Below are positions 29,533 through 39,337 of a stretch of DNA of 64,000 bases, piece after piece. Made by a program: the position numbers and the translations under genes. Every line of letters begins with the position of its first letter. Position 1 is the stretch's first letter. The notes under the pieces were generated by a model. The model did not search any database. It saw only the letters and a program-made list of their open reading frames with translations, and was not told the origin of the DNA. The stretch lies in the NCBI GenBank assembly GCA_964354495.1, contig CAYHAA010000002.1, positions 80,234 through 144,233 of the forward strand, in the 5' to 3' direction. The stretch comes from an uncultured archaeon (GTDB lineage Archaea > Asgardarchaeota > Thorarchaeia > Thorarchaeales > Thorarchaeaceae).

Positions 29533-30924
29533 GTGACAGCGGCAGCTGAAGATTGGAATTATGGTGAAGCCCATTACATAACCAATTCATCAGCCTTAGG
29601 AATAGGTGCCCATTCGCTCACCCTTGCATTTCCATGGAGTGGTTCTGGCAGTACCTATCATGGATGGGCAGACCAAGTATTTGTCCGGCTTTCAGTGAAA
29701 GATTGTCAAGAGGATTCCGTACAGCTAATCAGATACTGGCTCCAAGTGGCTGTTTCAGAGAGCGTGTGTCCACTCGTAGTGGACATCAGGAGGACAAATG
29801 GCGAGAGCCTTTACTCGAGTCCTTTCATCTATCAAATCTACCAGAGCGAATATGCTCCAAAGGTGGTTCTAGTCTATAATAATTCCTACACAGTGTTCAG
29901 TCCAACTCGTGTCAACGATACTCTCTTAGTCCCTGCTGGAAATCTGTCTGCTAGATTCCAATGGCCCTATCGGGATCTATTGATCCACAACTTCACCACT
30001 CAGACGAATCAATCCATGTTCCTTCGTTTCAGTGCTCAATTCGTGCGTCTCGATGTCGAGTGTAGCCAGCGCATGCCTGAACTCGAAATCAGAGTTGCGT
30101 ACTATTACGGCTCTTGTGAATACGAGCATATTCTCGCCTACTCCTCTCCCTTCTTCTACACTCCGTCTAATAGAACTCTCGTTATCGAAGTTGGATCATT
30201 TGATTCGTCTTTTGAGATTCTTGTTTCAACAGTTCGGGTTCGAACATTCTTGACTGCAGTCAACACGGGTTTCAATAGAAACATGACGCTAGTCATTCAT
30301 CCTAATTGGATTCAGATTGGTAACCTATTGATTCCTCCGGGGAAACTCATGTCACTTCTTTCGTTTGCAATGATAGTTCTGATAGCACCAGTTTACTACA
30401 AGTCAAAGATAGTGAAAAGCAGAGCTTTCATACCCTGGGGTTTTCTGAATCTTAGCCTCATTATCCCCTGGCTAAGCTCGTTTGATGAGTCGCCCTATGT
30501 GGAATCAACTCCAATTATGAACTATATTACCTATCGGACTGGCAGTCCAATCTTTAGTACGATAGTTTACAACAGTGATTCGAATGCCGTCCTCATGGCA
30601 CAATCAGAGAGAGATATTGGGATCGCCATTTTGCTGTGGATGATTATATTTTTGGTCTTCGTTGTGACCACTGGTCAGCTTGAAGGATTTGAATCAAAGA
30701 TGAAAGAAAAAGCTGCGGGATTAGGAATAGTCATTTGTTGTTGCATTGAGTTTCTCTATCTTGCATATCTCTTTCAGACCTACGGCTATATTGGTCTGAC
30801 GCTTGAGATGGGCCCCTTTTTCTCCATAGTGGCTGTCATCTTTTGGCTAATCCATCCTCTAATCATACCGAAGGTATATAGCTCTAAGCCTCAAGTTGAT
30901 TCAATTGAAACTGCCAATGCTTGA
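29533..30924 (+). CDS. Putative surface glycoprotein with C-terminal polytopic membrane region (hypothetical)
   Basis: Starts at GTG with no signal peptide of its own. It has many N-x-S/T sequons (NSS, NNSYT, NDTL, NLSA, NFTT, NQSM, NRTL, NRNMT, NLSL) and hydrophobic helices in the last ~170 aa. Confidence 0.4.
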   Translation: MTAAAEDWNYGEAHYITNSSALGIGAHSLTLAFPWSGSGSTYHGWADQVFVRLSVKDCQEDSVQLIRYWLQVAVSESVCPLVVDIRRTNGESLYSSPFIYQIYQSEYAPKVVLVYNNSYTVFSPTRVNDTLLVPAGNLSARFQWPYRDLLIHNFTTQTNQSMFLRFSAQFVRLDVECSQRMPELEIRVAYYYGSCEYEHILAYSSPFFYTPSNRTLVIEVGSFDSSFEILVSTVRVRTFLTAVNTGFNRNMTLVIHPNWIQIGNLLIPPGKLMSLLSFAMIVLIAPVYYKSKIVKSRAFIPWGFLNLSLIIPWLSSFDESPYVESTPIMNYITYRTGSPIFSTIVYNSDSNAVLMAQSERDIGIAILLWMIIFLVFVVTTGQLEGFESKMKEKAAGLGIVICCCIEFLYLAYLFQTYGYIGLTLEMGPFFSIVAVIFWLIHPLIIPKVYSSKPQVDSIETANA

Positions 30925-30945
30925 ATTGCCTAGAATTCGCAGATT

Positions 30946-31902
30946 GTGCAATGGAATAGCTTCAATAGTACCTTCCGAAGTTCCATCGTTGGTTTCTCTA
31001 TGCAGCTAACGCCCGAACTCACGATTGGAATCCTGATTGGACTTTTCACATCGCTCCTCTGGGCGATATCCACGAATGTATACAAGTCTCAGAGCAAGGA
31101 AGCCAAGCCGCTAGCAATCTCAGCTCTCAAGATGTGGGCCGCCTTAGCTGTTATGTCAGTCATTGTCATCCTGCCTTTTCGGACAACTCCATTCTACGTG
31201 CCTTTGGATTCACTCATCTTCCTTGTCCTATCTGTGACGATTGGACTGGTTATTGGAGATTCCATCTATCTCATCAGCCAAGAGAGGATTGGCGTCTCAT
31301 ATGCATACCCCATCGCAAATACGTATCCAATATTGACATACATAATAGCCATTTTCCTTGTTAACGAAACTGTTCTACTCAGCCGATTCGTGGGAATCAT
31401 CGTTGCAGTCATTGGCATCGCACTCATATCAAGAGCCCAGGCTGCGAATGGGGAGTCAAGCGGGGCCCGCAAGTTCGACGCTTTCGGAATCGGAGTTTCG
31501 TTCTCTGCTGCAATCTGTTGGGCGTCTGGAAGTGTACTGCTTCAAATGGGGGTCACCAACATTGATCCCATCGATGCCAATTTCGTGAGGATGTTCTTTG
31601 GCGGAGCGATATTCATCCCTGTCTTCCTCGGGTTGGTCAAGCGTGGAATGCCATTGCCAACTCGCAGAGCAACCAAGATTGTTCTAGCTGCCGGATTTCT
31701 CGGAATGACAATAGGCTCACTCTTGTACACTTTCACTGTAAAACTCATTGGCGCATCAATTGCCGCTCTTCTTGGTTCAATGTCGCCGCTATACGCAGTA
31801 CCAATCTCTGTGTTCTTCCTAAAAGAGAAGTTCAGTCCGAAATCCCTAGTCGGGGCGGTGCTCACCGTTCTAGGCGTAGTGCTGGTTGTGCTCGCGGTCT
31901 AG
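30946..31902 (+). CDS. EamA/DMT-family transporter
   Basis: 10-TM protein with the two-repeat EamA architecture. The likely start is the internal ATG at MQLTPEL (about 30997). Confidence 0.65.
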   Translation: MQWNSFNSTFRSSIVGFSMQLTPELTIGILIGLFTSLLWAISTNVYKSQSKEAKPLAISALKMWAALAVMSVIVILPFRTTPFYVPLDSLIFLVLSVTIGLVIGDSIYLISQERIGVSYAYPIANTYPILTYIIAIFLVNETVLLSRFVGIIVAVIGIALISRAQAANGESSGARKFDAFGIGVSFSAAICWASGSVLLQMGVTNIDPIDANFVRMFFGGAIFIPVFLGLVKRGMPLPTRRATKIVLAAGFLGMTIGSLLYTFTVKLIGASIAALLGSMSPLYAVPISVFFLKEKFSPKSLVGAVLTVLGVVLVVLAV

Positions 31903-32031
31903 TTCGGGACTGAGTCATCAAACGATAGTTAGCTAATAGACTGTTGGCGGATATCGGTGCGACTCCGTTGGCGTTGAACGTGTGAGTATTAAGCACTCAT
32001 TACTCTATGATATTGCATTAGGTGGCAGTCT

Positions 32032-32880
32032 GTGAAGGAACCTAGATCGGACTTAGTGAGAAGAATCCTCCTCACAATAGATCAGAATCCTTCTTCAGTC
32101 TATGACATCCAGTATTCATTACTTGAGGCTTCGGATCCGACAAGGAATAGGCTGCCCAAGTTACTCAAGGCGATGGAAGATGAGAATCTAGTTCGTAGTG
32201 CGCTGCAGCCGGGACCTCTTGGTCCATACAGACGGATGTATGAGCTTGGACCAAAAGCTCAGGATTATTTGAACGCGAATCTGAGGGATGGAATTCAGAC
32301 TCTACTCCATTTCTACAGAGTTTTCAGGCGTGAGAATCCCGGGAGGCTCTACAACCTCAATAAGAGACCTGAGCAAATGCAAGCATCAGGAGTGATCCTT
32401 TTCGCTTCTTTTCCAAATCTGGCTATCGATGATTTGAGAACGATACGGGAGCTGCTGACTACATCGGAGGGAGTATCAGTGGCAATAGTGGGCTCAGATG
32501 ATATCCTAACTAAGACAGGAATCCTCTATCAAAACATGGGAATGAGAATCACAAGTATCGACGCTCCGAATGAGTCTGTGTCTGAGATTCACCTACATGG
32601 CGTTCCTCCTCCGAACGAATTGTCGCCTGCCATAGAAGAGTGCAAGAGAGTCCTCACGCGAAATGGATTGCTGCAAATTACTGCTCCTTTCGTGTTCTTT
32701 AAAGAATCAAATAGCCCTGAACTTGAGAACTTCATCAAGAGAACTGCAGCCTCGCTATTCCCAGAGTTGGGCGTCATAGATGGCAATAGTGTCCGAGACA
32801 TTATAGAAACAGAATTCTCAACAAATGGAGCGTATGAAACGCAGCAGGGAGAAGTCGTATTTTGGGGTGTAAAACCCTAA
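32032..32880 (+). CDS. Hypothetical protein with N-terminal winged-helix-like domain and C-terminal alpha/beta domain
   Basis: N-terminal IDQNPSSVYDIQYSLLEASD...LLKAMEDENLVRS resembles a PadR/wH fold. The C-terminal half is Rossmann-like but lacks a clear SAM motif. Confidence 0.3.
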   Translation: MKEPRSDLVRRILLTIDQNPSSVYDIQYSLLEASDPTRNRLPKLLKAMEDENLVRSALQPGPLGPYRRMYELGPKAQDYLNANLRDGIQTLLHFYRVFRRENPGRLYNLNKRPEQMQASGVILFASFPNLAIDDLRTIRELLTTSEGVSVAIVGSDDILTKTGILYQNMGMRITSIDAPNESVSEIHLHGVPPPNELSPAIEECKRVLTRNGLLQITAPFVFFKESNSPELENFIKRTAASLFPELGVIDGNSVRDIIETEFSTNGAYETQQGEVVFWGVKP

Positions 32881-32890
32881 CTATGACTTC

Positions 32891-33550
32891 TTATGTTGGC
32901 TTTCTGGCGACTGCCCAGACATAGCCTCTAAGGTCATTGGGTTTGATGATTCGCTCTTCAGTACCAAATGCATGTAGTGTCCATCCTTTCAGTTCTTTCC
33001 GAAGTTCATTCGCCGTCACAAATCGGATTGGTGGATCGGTGTTGTAGTGAGGTAGGATATTGCCACTATAGACGAAGAATCCGCCAGATTTGACTGCCGC
33101 CATTGCCTCTCTCATTCGAGGAATCGTGCGGTCGAAGAGGTACTGGAGACACTGTATTGCTATAACGACATCATATGATTCGCGTTCTATTGGCCACCCA
33201 TCAATATCATCCAAACGGAACTCAACACGCTCACTTAAGTTGAGTATCCTGGCTTTCCTCTGAGCAACAGCTATCGCACTAGCAAGAGCGTCAACTGCAA
33301 CAATGCGGCATCCAAGCCTGGCTAGATAACATGCGACATTTCCATCTCCACTACCAAGTTCAAGAATCCTGAGACCATTGGTGTTTGTTCCGGTTATTGC
33401 AAGTGCATGTTCCAATTGCTGGGTTCGATGCCCAACGTCGATGCGGGCCAGTTCTTCATCGGTTGCAGAGAGCATTTGACTGTAGGTCTTATCCCATGCA
33501 TCCATCCACTTCTTTGGAGCTGCCACTTCGATATTGTCACACAATGTCAT
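32891..33550 (-). CDS. Class I SAM-dependent methyltransferase
   Basis: Motif I ILELGSGDGNVACYLARLGCRIVAVD, post-I acidic residue and motif II VVIAIQCLQY, at 219 aa. Confidence 0.7.
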   Translation of the reverse strand: MTLCDNIEVAAPKKWMDAWDKTYSQMLSATDEELARIDVGHRTQQLEHALAITGTNTNGLRILELGSGDGNVACYLARLGCRIVAVDALASAIAVAQRKARILNLSERVEFRLDDIDGWPIERESYDVVIAIQCLQYLFDRTIPRMREAMAAVKSGGFFVYSGNILPHYNTDPPIRFVTANELRKELKGWTLHAFGTEERIIKPNDLRGYVWAVARKPT

Positions 33551-33636
33551 TTCGAGTCGATGGCGAGGCCAACAAGGCGATGTATAAAGTGTGTGGTTTC
33601 AGCGTACCAAGACCTACTCATAGAGAAAGATAGATA

Positions 33637-34149
33637 TTGACTTGCAAAAGGGATTATTCCCAGAGAGGAGAACGGTTCAGCGCTGCATTGAGTTCAGCAT
33701 CCAACTGGGGAATGATAATGAAAGACAAAAGCGAACTGCTTGCAAAGCTCATTCTGGAGGAGAGCATCAGCGCGATTGCGGTCCTAAGTGAGAGGACCGG
33801 CCTGAAAACAGACGAAGTTGTTGAAATGATAGCCGAACTCAAGAGTAAGGGCAGACTGAACGGTTCATTGACAGAAGATGGCTCGCGTTTCTTCAAGAGT
33901 ACTGTAAAGGTCTCTGATGCACGAGTAATTCCCAGGGAAGAGAAGCTTCCAGAGTTTCTATCCTATAATACGAAACCTGGAAAAGTGACAGCCATTGTCG
34001 GTCTTCTGATCCTTGTTTCCGGAGCGGTAATCACTGTTCTCGCCTCGGATATAGAGGAACAGAACTTCGCAGCAGTCCTCATACTCATCGGACTGCTTGT
34101 GTTCTTACTCGGCCTCTATCTCATCGCTCGAAGGGGCTCGCCGAGCTGA
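33637..34149 (+). CDS. Membrane-anchored winged-helix protein (hypothetical)
   Basis: N-terminal HTH-like segment (ISAIAVLSERTGLKTDEVVEMIAELKSKGRL) and two C-terminal TM helices. Confidence 0.3.
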   Translation: MTCKRDYSQRGERFSAALSSASNWGMIMKDKSELLAKLILEESISAIAVLSERTGLKTDEVVEMIAELKSKGRLNGSLTEDGSRFFKSTVKVSDARVIPREEKLPEFLSYNTKPGKVTAIVGLLILVSGAVITVLASDIEEQNFAAVLILIGLLVFLLGLYLIARRGSPS

Positions 34150-34210
34150 ACAAAGCGGAATTCAGCAACCGCAACTAACTCCTTAAGTAGGGGACAACGC
34201 CGGTCCTTAG

Positions 34211-35203
34211 TTGAAAGAAGGTGCTTTTTTGCAGGAAATTCTTCTGCTTGACATTGTGTTCGTAGCCATATTCGCTGTAGGCGTGGGAACACTGTCATCT
34301 ATGATTGGCATGGGCGGAGGAGTCCTAAATACACCTTTGCTTCTCATTGTCTTCTATAGCGTATTCGATGAGCAATCAGCACCAGCAACAGCACTTGTTG
34401 GAGCACTCTTTGTGTCTCTGGCTGCAACAATCATATATTGGCGGCAGAGCCCACGACCAACGCTTGTCAAGGCTGGACTGATTATGGCCATGTTTTCGGT
34501 CCCAGGTTCTCTCGGTGGAGTCATACTTAGGACATTGATAACAGCACCATATGCACTGAGACTCATCTTCGGACTTTCACTTATGCCACTGGCGCTCAAG
34601 ATGCTCTTCGCCAAGAAAAAAGGAAAAGGAGACTTAGCCTCCGAATTGTCGAGCTGGAGCATCTCCCAGATAACGACCAAACGATGGATTATCTCATTGT
34701 TTGGAGCATTCATCGGAGGCGTTGCCGCAGGCCTGCTTGGGCTAGGTGGAGGGGCTGTTTTAGTGCCTGTGCTCTGCATGTTCATGGGCGTGCCCATGCA
34801 CGCAGCAGTCGCCACTTCAATGTTCATTATGATATTCACAACAACAGCAGGCACTGTGCTCAACTTCTACGTCGGGGATGTAAACATATACTTCGCGATT
34901 GCATTAGGTATTGGAATGCTTATCGGGGGTCAAATCGGATCTAGACTTTCTTGTCGGGTCAATGCTGTTCAATTGAAGCAAATCTTTGGCGTGCTCTTGG
35001 TCCTTCCTCTCATTACAATGATGAAGCTGGGACTAATATGGCTCGATCCCACGGGCACTAGAGGTTTCCTATCAACTCTTGGGGATGTGATCATCTGGCT
35101 AGCAATAGTTGTTCCAGTCGGTCTTCTAAGGCTCTACCAACTGCGCAGGGCGCGTGGCACTTCGGAAGCCTTAGAGCCATGCGATTTGCCTGCCCCTGAA
35201 TGA
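34211..35203 (+). CDS. TauE/SafE (TSUP) family anion exporter
   Basis: Two GxGGG-containing repeats (MIGMGGGVLNTPLL and LGLGGGAVLVPVL) in an 8-TM layout. The likely start is the internal ATG at 34301. Confidence 0.65.
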   Translation: MKEGAFLQEILLLDIVFVAIFAVGVGTLSSMIGMGGGVLNTPLLLIVFYSVFDEQSAPATALVGALFVSLAATIIYWRQSPRPTLVKAGLIMAMFSVPGSLGGVILRTLITAPYALRLIFGLSLMPLALKMLFAKKKGKGDLASELSSWSISQITTKRWIISLFGAFIGGVAAGLLGLGGGAVLVPVLCMFMGVPMHAAVATSMFIMIFTTTAGTVLNFYVGDVNIYFAIALGIGMLIGGQIGSRLSCRVNAVQLKQIFGVLLVLPLITMMKLGLIWLDPTGTRGFLSTLGDVIIWLAIVVPVGLLRLYQLRRARGTSEALEPCDLPAPE

Positions 35204-35269
35204 CATATCTATGCTGATTTCAGAACAGACAAATCCTCGACACGATGTGTGTCACTAGAGTGAAATAAC

Positions 35270-35728
35270 GTGGTCATGATTAGAAGAGCCGGTTCAGGTG
35301 ACATTCAGGTGATTCTTCATCATCGCGTTGAGATGCTCAAGTCCATGGGATATTCAGAGGAACAGCTGTCAGCAACGGGAAACGCGATGGAGAGGTTTCT
35401 TTCGGAACCTTGGGATCCAAGCATTGAGTTCTATCTGGCAATCGAAGATGAAAGGATCATCGGTGGGTGCGCAGTGAGCTTCTGCATTGCATTTCCATCT
35501 ACAAGAAATCCAAGCGGCAAGTTTGCATATCTCTACAATATGTTTGTTGAACCTGATTATCGTGGAAGAGGTGTCGCTACTTCTCTCGTCAGGCATATTG
35601 CTCTAGTCTGCAAAAAGAAGGGAGTCGAAAAAATGACACTTCATGACACAAAGATGAGTAGAGGCATCTATGAAAAAGAAGGCTTTGTACGTTCTGAGAA
35701 CTACTATACGAAAATCATCGAAAGCTGA
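35270..35728 (+). CDS. GNAT family N-acetyltransferase
   Basis: Motif A/B: VEPDYRGRGVATSLVRHI, at 152 aa. Confidence 0.7.
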   Translation: MVMIRRAGSGDIQVILHHRVEMLKSMGYSEEQLSATGNAMERFLSEPWDPSIEFYLAIEDERIIGGCAVSFCIAFPSTRNPSGKFAYLYNMFVEPDYRGRGVATSLVRHIALVCKKKGVEKMTLHDTKMSRGIYEKEGFVRSENYYTKIIES

Positions 35729-35790
35729 GAAGATATGATTGATTCCAGATGCCTGCTTTTATTAGGGGGTCTTTCTACTAGAGCCACATT

Positions 35791-36579
35791 TTGGTCAATC
35801 TGGAGAGAATTTCAATGAAATACAATCTTGATGGAAAAGTGGCAATTATCACTGGCGCTTCGGCTGGCCTTGGAGAGCAGTTCGCTAACGGATTCGCGGA
35901 ATCAGGTGCTCACGTGGTTCTTGCTGCAAGACGTATGGATCTTCTGACGAAAATCGCTGACGAGGTCTCTCACAAGCACGGAGTTACAGCGCTCCCACTC
36001 AAGATAGATGTAACAAAAGAGGCAGACATCATACGGCTAGTTGAGAAGACTGTCAAGGAACTCGGTACTGTAGATATACTGGTGAACAACGCAGGAATGT
36101 ATATCGTTAAGCCGCTCGTTGAACAGACCCTTGCTGACTGGAACTTGGTGATGAATGTCAATCTCACGTCAGCGTTTCTCGCAAGCAGAGAGGCTGCAAA
36201 AGTGATGATTCCCAAGAAGTCCGGTTCAATCATCAACATCTCATCGACTTTCGCATATGGAGGCACCGAGTTCACCGAATTAAGCTACTACACATCCAAG
36301 GGTGGGCTGGTGTCCATGACGAAGGCACTAGCGGTCGAGCTTGGAAAGAAGAACATTCGAGTGAACGCAATCGCGCCAGGTTTCTTCCCTACTGCGATGT
36401 CAAAGGGTGCAATTGAGGATGATGCAATAAGAAAGAGGCTAATCGAGCCAAGAACAGCACTTCCAATGCTTGCAAAGAATGAATGGATACGTGGTGCGGC
36501 GTGTTTCCTGGCTAGCGAAGACGCGAAATACATCACCGGTCACATCCTAGCAGTCGATGGCGGCTGGCTGGCATTCTAG
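35791..36579 (+). CDS. Short-chain dehydrogenase/reductase (FabG-like SDR)
   Basis: TGASAGLG cofactor motif, NNAG, catalytic S...YxxxK (YTSKGGLVSMTK) and PG motif. The probable start is MKYNLDGK at 35815. Confidence 0.8.
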   Translation: MVNLERISMKYNLDGKVAIITGASAGLGEQFANGFAESGAHVVLAARRMDLLTKIADEVSHKHGVTALPLKIDVTKEADIIRLVEKTVKELGTVDILVNNAGMYIVKPLVEQTLADWNLVMNVNLTSAFLASREAAKVMIPKKSGSIINISSTFAYGGTEFTELSYYTSKGGLVSMTKALAVELGKKNIRVNAIAPGFFPTAMSKGAIEDDAIRKRLIEPRTALPMLAKNEWIRGAACFLASEDAKYITGHILAVDGGWLAF

Positions 36580-36629
36580 AGAAAAAAGAGAGATGATGGT
36601 AGTTCCATAGCTACCATCACTCCTTGAAC

Positions 36630-37703
36630 CTAGTCTTTCCAATCCAGAGTTTCAAAATCCCGCAACTTCTTCCACTGAGCAGCCCCGGCAATGGCAGCAA
36701 TAATCAAGAGAGAAACCAGGAACACTGCGAAATTCTGATAGGCATTGAAGCTGTCAGCGAAGAACCAGAACCAGAGCGTCAGGACCACTAACCATGCGAA
36801 ACCTATGCCAATTGAGAACCAGCTCTCTGGGCCTTCGCCTCTCACTCGTGCCCATGGAAGCCACAGACCTAGAGCGAGCAATCCGAAGATCACGAAAGAG
36901 AGAAGGACTGTTCCAACATTCTGGTTTCCTGAGAACATCCCAGCAAAGAACCACATCCAGATGATGATGAACACAACCCATAGAATGAATCCAATGGCTG
37001 AGAGCTTCACTCTCTTTTCAGCACCCTCTCCTGCCTCAACTTCAATTCTCATTTCTTTGCGCCATGGCAAAGCAACTATTCCTACCATCACAAGAAAGGA
37101 TGTTAAGATCACTGCAACAGCGTGGTATGCGTCAAGTCCGAGGTCGTTCGCAAAAGGCAGGAACAGAACCATGAACATAAGCCACCCAATGCCTCCAATC
37201 GCACTCACACGTGCCCCCCAGGCGTCGCCATGGCTTGGGACCCACAGCAGCACATTGAAAGCTCCTACTGTCAGCAGCGATGCAAGAGCTATGCCAATGT
37301 TCTCATAGATGCCGAAGCCGCCAGAGAAGAAGATGATCCAAATGGCGAGAAACACTAACCAGATCAGTGCTCCAATTGCACTGGTCCTGGCTTTGATGCC
37401 TTCTCGATCTGATGGAATCCAGAGGATTGAGTTCAAAGCAACAACAACAAGTAGCGCCACAAATACAACTGCAATATTCTCAAAGATGCCATATGCGCCT
37501 GCGAAAAAGAACAGCCACAGAATGAGAAATGCCATCCACACAATGAAGCTGCCCAGAGAGGCGTATGCCTTAAGCGTAGGCATTCTATGGCCATGCTTCT
37601 TCTCTGCTTTCTTTCTTATTTCATCTTCGAGGTCGAATGGCTCCTTCTCAGCATCATCAGATGGCTTTTCAGAAGGAGCATCATCTTCATTATTGGACTT
37701 CAT
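36630..37703 (-). CDS. Integral membrane protein built from five tandem ~55-aa two-TM hairpin repeats, with an acidic N-terminal cytoplasmic tail
   Basis: Repeats share the pattern S(A)IG..W..F....W..FF.G.....N...........L......W.P: KAYASLGSFIVW..., KARTSAIGALIW..., ARVSAIGGIGW..., KLSAIGFILW..., SWFSIGIGFAW.... The start is set at the MKSNNEDD ATG (37703), not the upstream track start. Confidence 0.5.
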   Translation of the reverse strand: MKSNNEDDAPSEKPSDDAEKEPFDLEDEIRKKAEKKHGHRMPTLKAYASLGSFIVWMAFLILWLFFFAGAYGIFENIAVVFVALLVVVALNSILWIPSDREGIKARTSAIGALIWLVFLAIWIIFFSGGFGIYENIGIALASLLTVGAFNVLLWVPSHGDAWGARVSAIGGIGWLMFMVLFLPFANDLGLDAYHAVAVILTSFLVMVGIVALPWRKEMRIEVEAGEGAEKRVKLSAIGFILWVVFIIIWMWFFAGMFSGNQNVGTVLLSFVIFGLLALGLWLPWARVRGEGPESWFSIGIGFAWLVVLTLWFWFFADSFNAYQNFAVFLVSLLIIAAIAGAAQWKKLRDFETLDWKD

Positions 37704-37834
37704 AAGTTCAACTCTCCAACCAATCTGGAACCTCTGTACGCGCAAGCCCCTTAAATCGCTTTGGAATAGCACGGAGATTCCATTATCATGGCATATCCTA
37801 CATAACAATAGTTAAATGAAGTTCTCTTGGGATT

Positions 37835-38323
37835 ATGGGGATGATGGAGGAGCGAAACGTGTCAGAAGAAAAAATGACGATTGAAGAATTCCACAAGAGA
37901 ATGGCTATCAATACGAATAACGGCATCTGGCCTATCCTAGATAAATCAGCGCCCACGAAAGATGAGCTCGAAGAGGCACTTCATATGGCACACACGTCTC
38001 TCTATCATTGGAGTGAGGTGGGTCAGCCGATCAATATTGCGCGAGCAGAATACATGGTTTCACGAGTCTACTGTGCCTTCTCATGGGCAGAGCCTGCGCT
38101 CTATCACGCTCAGAGATGTCTCAAACTTACTGAGGAGATAGGAACTGGCGACTTCGACCTAGCTTTCGCATACGAAGTAATGACCCGGGCATATTCGGTG
38201 GCAGGAGAGAAAGCAAGGTGCAAGAAGTATCGAGCCCTCACGCAGAAGGCCACAGATGCAGTAAAGAATGAAGAGGACCGTAAGATCTGCCAAGCGGAGC
38301 TTGATAAGATCAAATGCAGCTAG
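37835..38323 (+). CDS. Hypothetical soluble alpha-helical protein
   Basis: 162 aa with no motifs recognised. Its 3' end overlaps the long-ORF version of the PhzF gene. Confidence 0.3.
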   Translation: MGMMEERNVSEEKMTIEEFHKRMAINTNNGIWPILDKSAPTKDELEEALHMAHTSLYHWSEVGQPINIARAEYMVSRVYCAFSWAEPALYHAQRCLKLTEEIGTGDFDLAFAYEVMTRAYSVAGEKARCKKYRALTQKATDAVKNEEDRKICQAELDKIKCS

Positions 38324-38378
38324 TCGCGCAACTTTCGCTTGCGGAGTTTTCATAAGGGCGCCTTGTACCAAATCCACC

Positions 38379-39308
38379 ATGCGAAATATCCCGTATGTTC
38401 AGACAAGTGTATTTGTGGACGACAAGTATCCCTTTGGTGGGAATCAACTTGCCACCTTCTGGGATGCTACTCTCAACAAGCGACTAACTCTTGAGATGAT
38501 GCAGGGGATTGCGCTTGAGCTCAATTTCTCGGAAACCACATTCCTAGAAGAACCGACAATCAAGGGGTGCGCTTCAAAGATTCGGATCTTCACTCCAGGC
38601 AGCGAACTTGAATTCGCAGGGCATCCAACTTTAGGCTCTTCTTTTGTAATGATGCACAAAGGAATCGTAGCAGCCTCGCAGAAGAGTGCAGTCGTGCAGC
38701 TTGGGATTGGCCCTATTCGTGTTGACTTTCAACCAGATAGTCATGTTAGGATGACACAACCGTCACCCACTTTCTTGGAGGAAGTAGAAGAAGCATCACC
38801 CATTACAAGCGCTCTTGGACTCGACCCCCTGGATGTTTCGGATGCTTTCCCCATACAGGTGGTTTCAACCGGATTTCCATTTCTCATCGTTCCGCTGAAG
38901 AAGCTCTCTGCTGTGCAGAAGGCAGCGCCGAATGCCCAAATGATAATGAATAATCTTAAGGGCTTGCCAAGCTCAGAGGTCCTCATCTTCTCGACTGAAA
39001 CTGTACATCCCAACAATGACGTGCACGCAAGAATGTTCGCGCCCGATGTTGGAGTTCTTGAGGACCCAGCAACAGGAAGTGCTGCAGGACCCTTGGGAGC
39101 ATACCTCGAGAAGTATAATGTTCTAGACAAACATACCTTTGGTGAGTCCATACAGATAGAGCAGGGTTACGAGGTCAGAAGACCCAGCAAATTGACAGTG
39201 AAGGTACCTAGTGAAAAAATGGAAGAGGTATTCGTCTCGGGAAAAGTCAGGCTAGTTGCAGAAGGGACATTGTTCCTTCCGCAAAAGATGTTGCCTCCCT
39301 CCGAATAA
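38379..39308 (+). CDS. PhzF-family isomerase (phenazine biosynthesis PhzF-like)
   Basis: N-terminal block YVQTSVFVDDKYPFGGNQLATF and overall DAP-epimerase-like two-domain length. The start is set at MRNIPYV; the track ORF begins earlier at 38268. Confidence 0.65.
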   Translation: MRNIPYVQTSVFVDDKYPFGGNQLATFWDATLNKRLTLEMMQGIALELNFSETTFLEEPTIKGCASKIRIFTPGSELEFAGHPTLGSSFVMMHKGIVAASQKSAVVQLGIGPIRVDFQPDSHVRMTQPSPTFLEEVEEASPITSALGLDPLDVSDAFPIQVVSTGFPFLIVPLKKLSAVQKAAPNAQMIMNNLKGLPSSEVLIFSTETVHPNNDVHARMFAPDVGVLEDPATGSAAGPLGAYLEKYNVLDKHTFGESIQIEQGYEVRRPSKLTVKVPSEKMEEVFVSGKVRLVAEGTLFLPQKMLPPSE

Positions 39309-39337
39309 CCTTCATATGCTGGTTCACGCTTTTCAAC

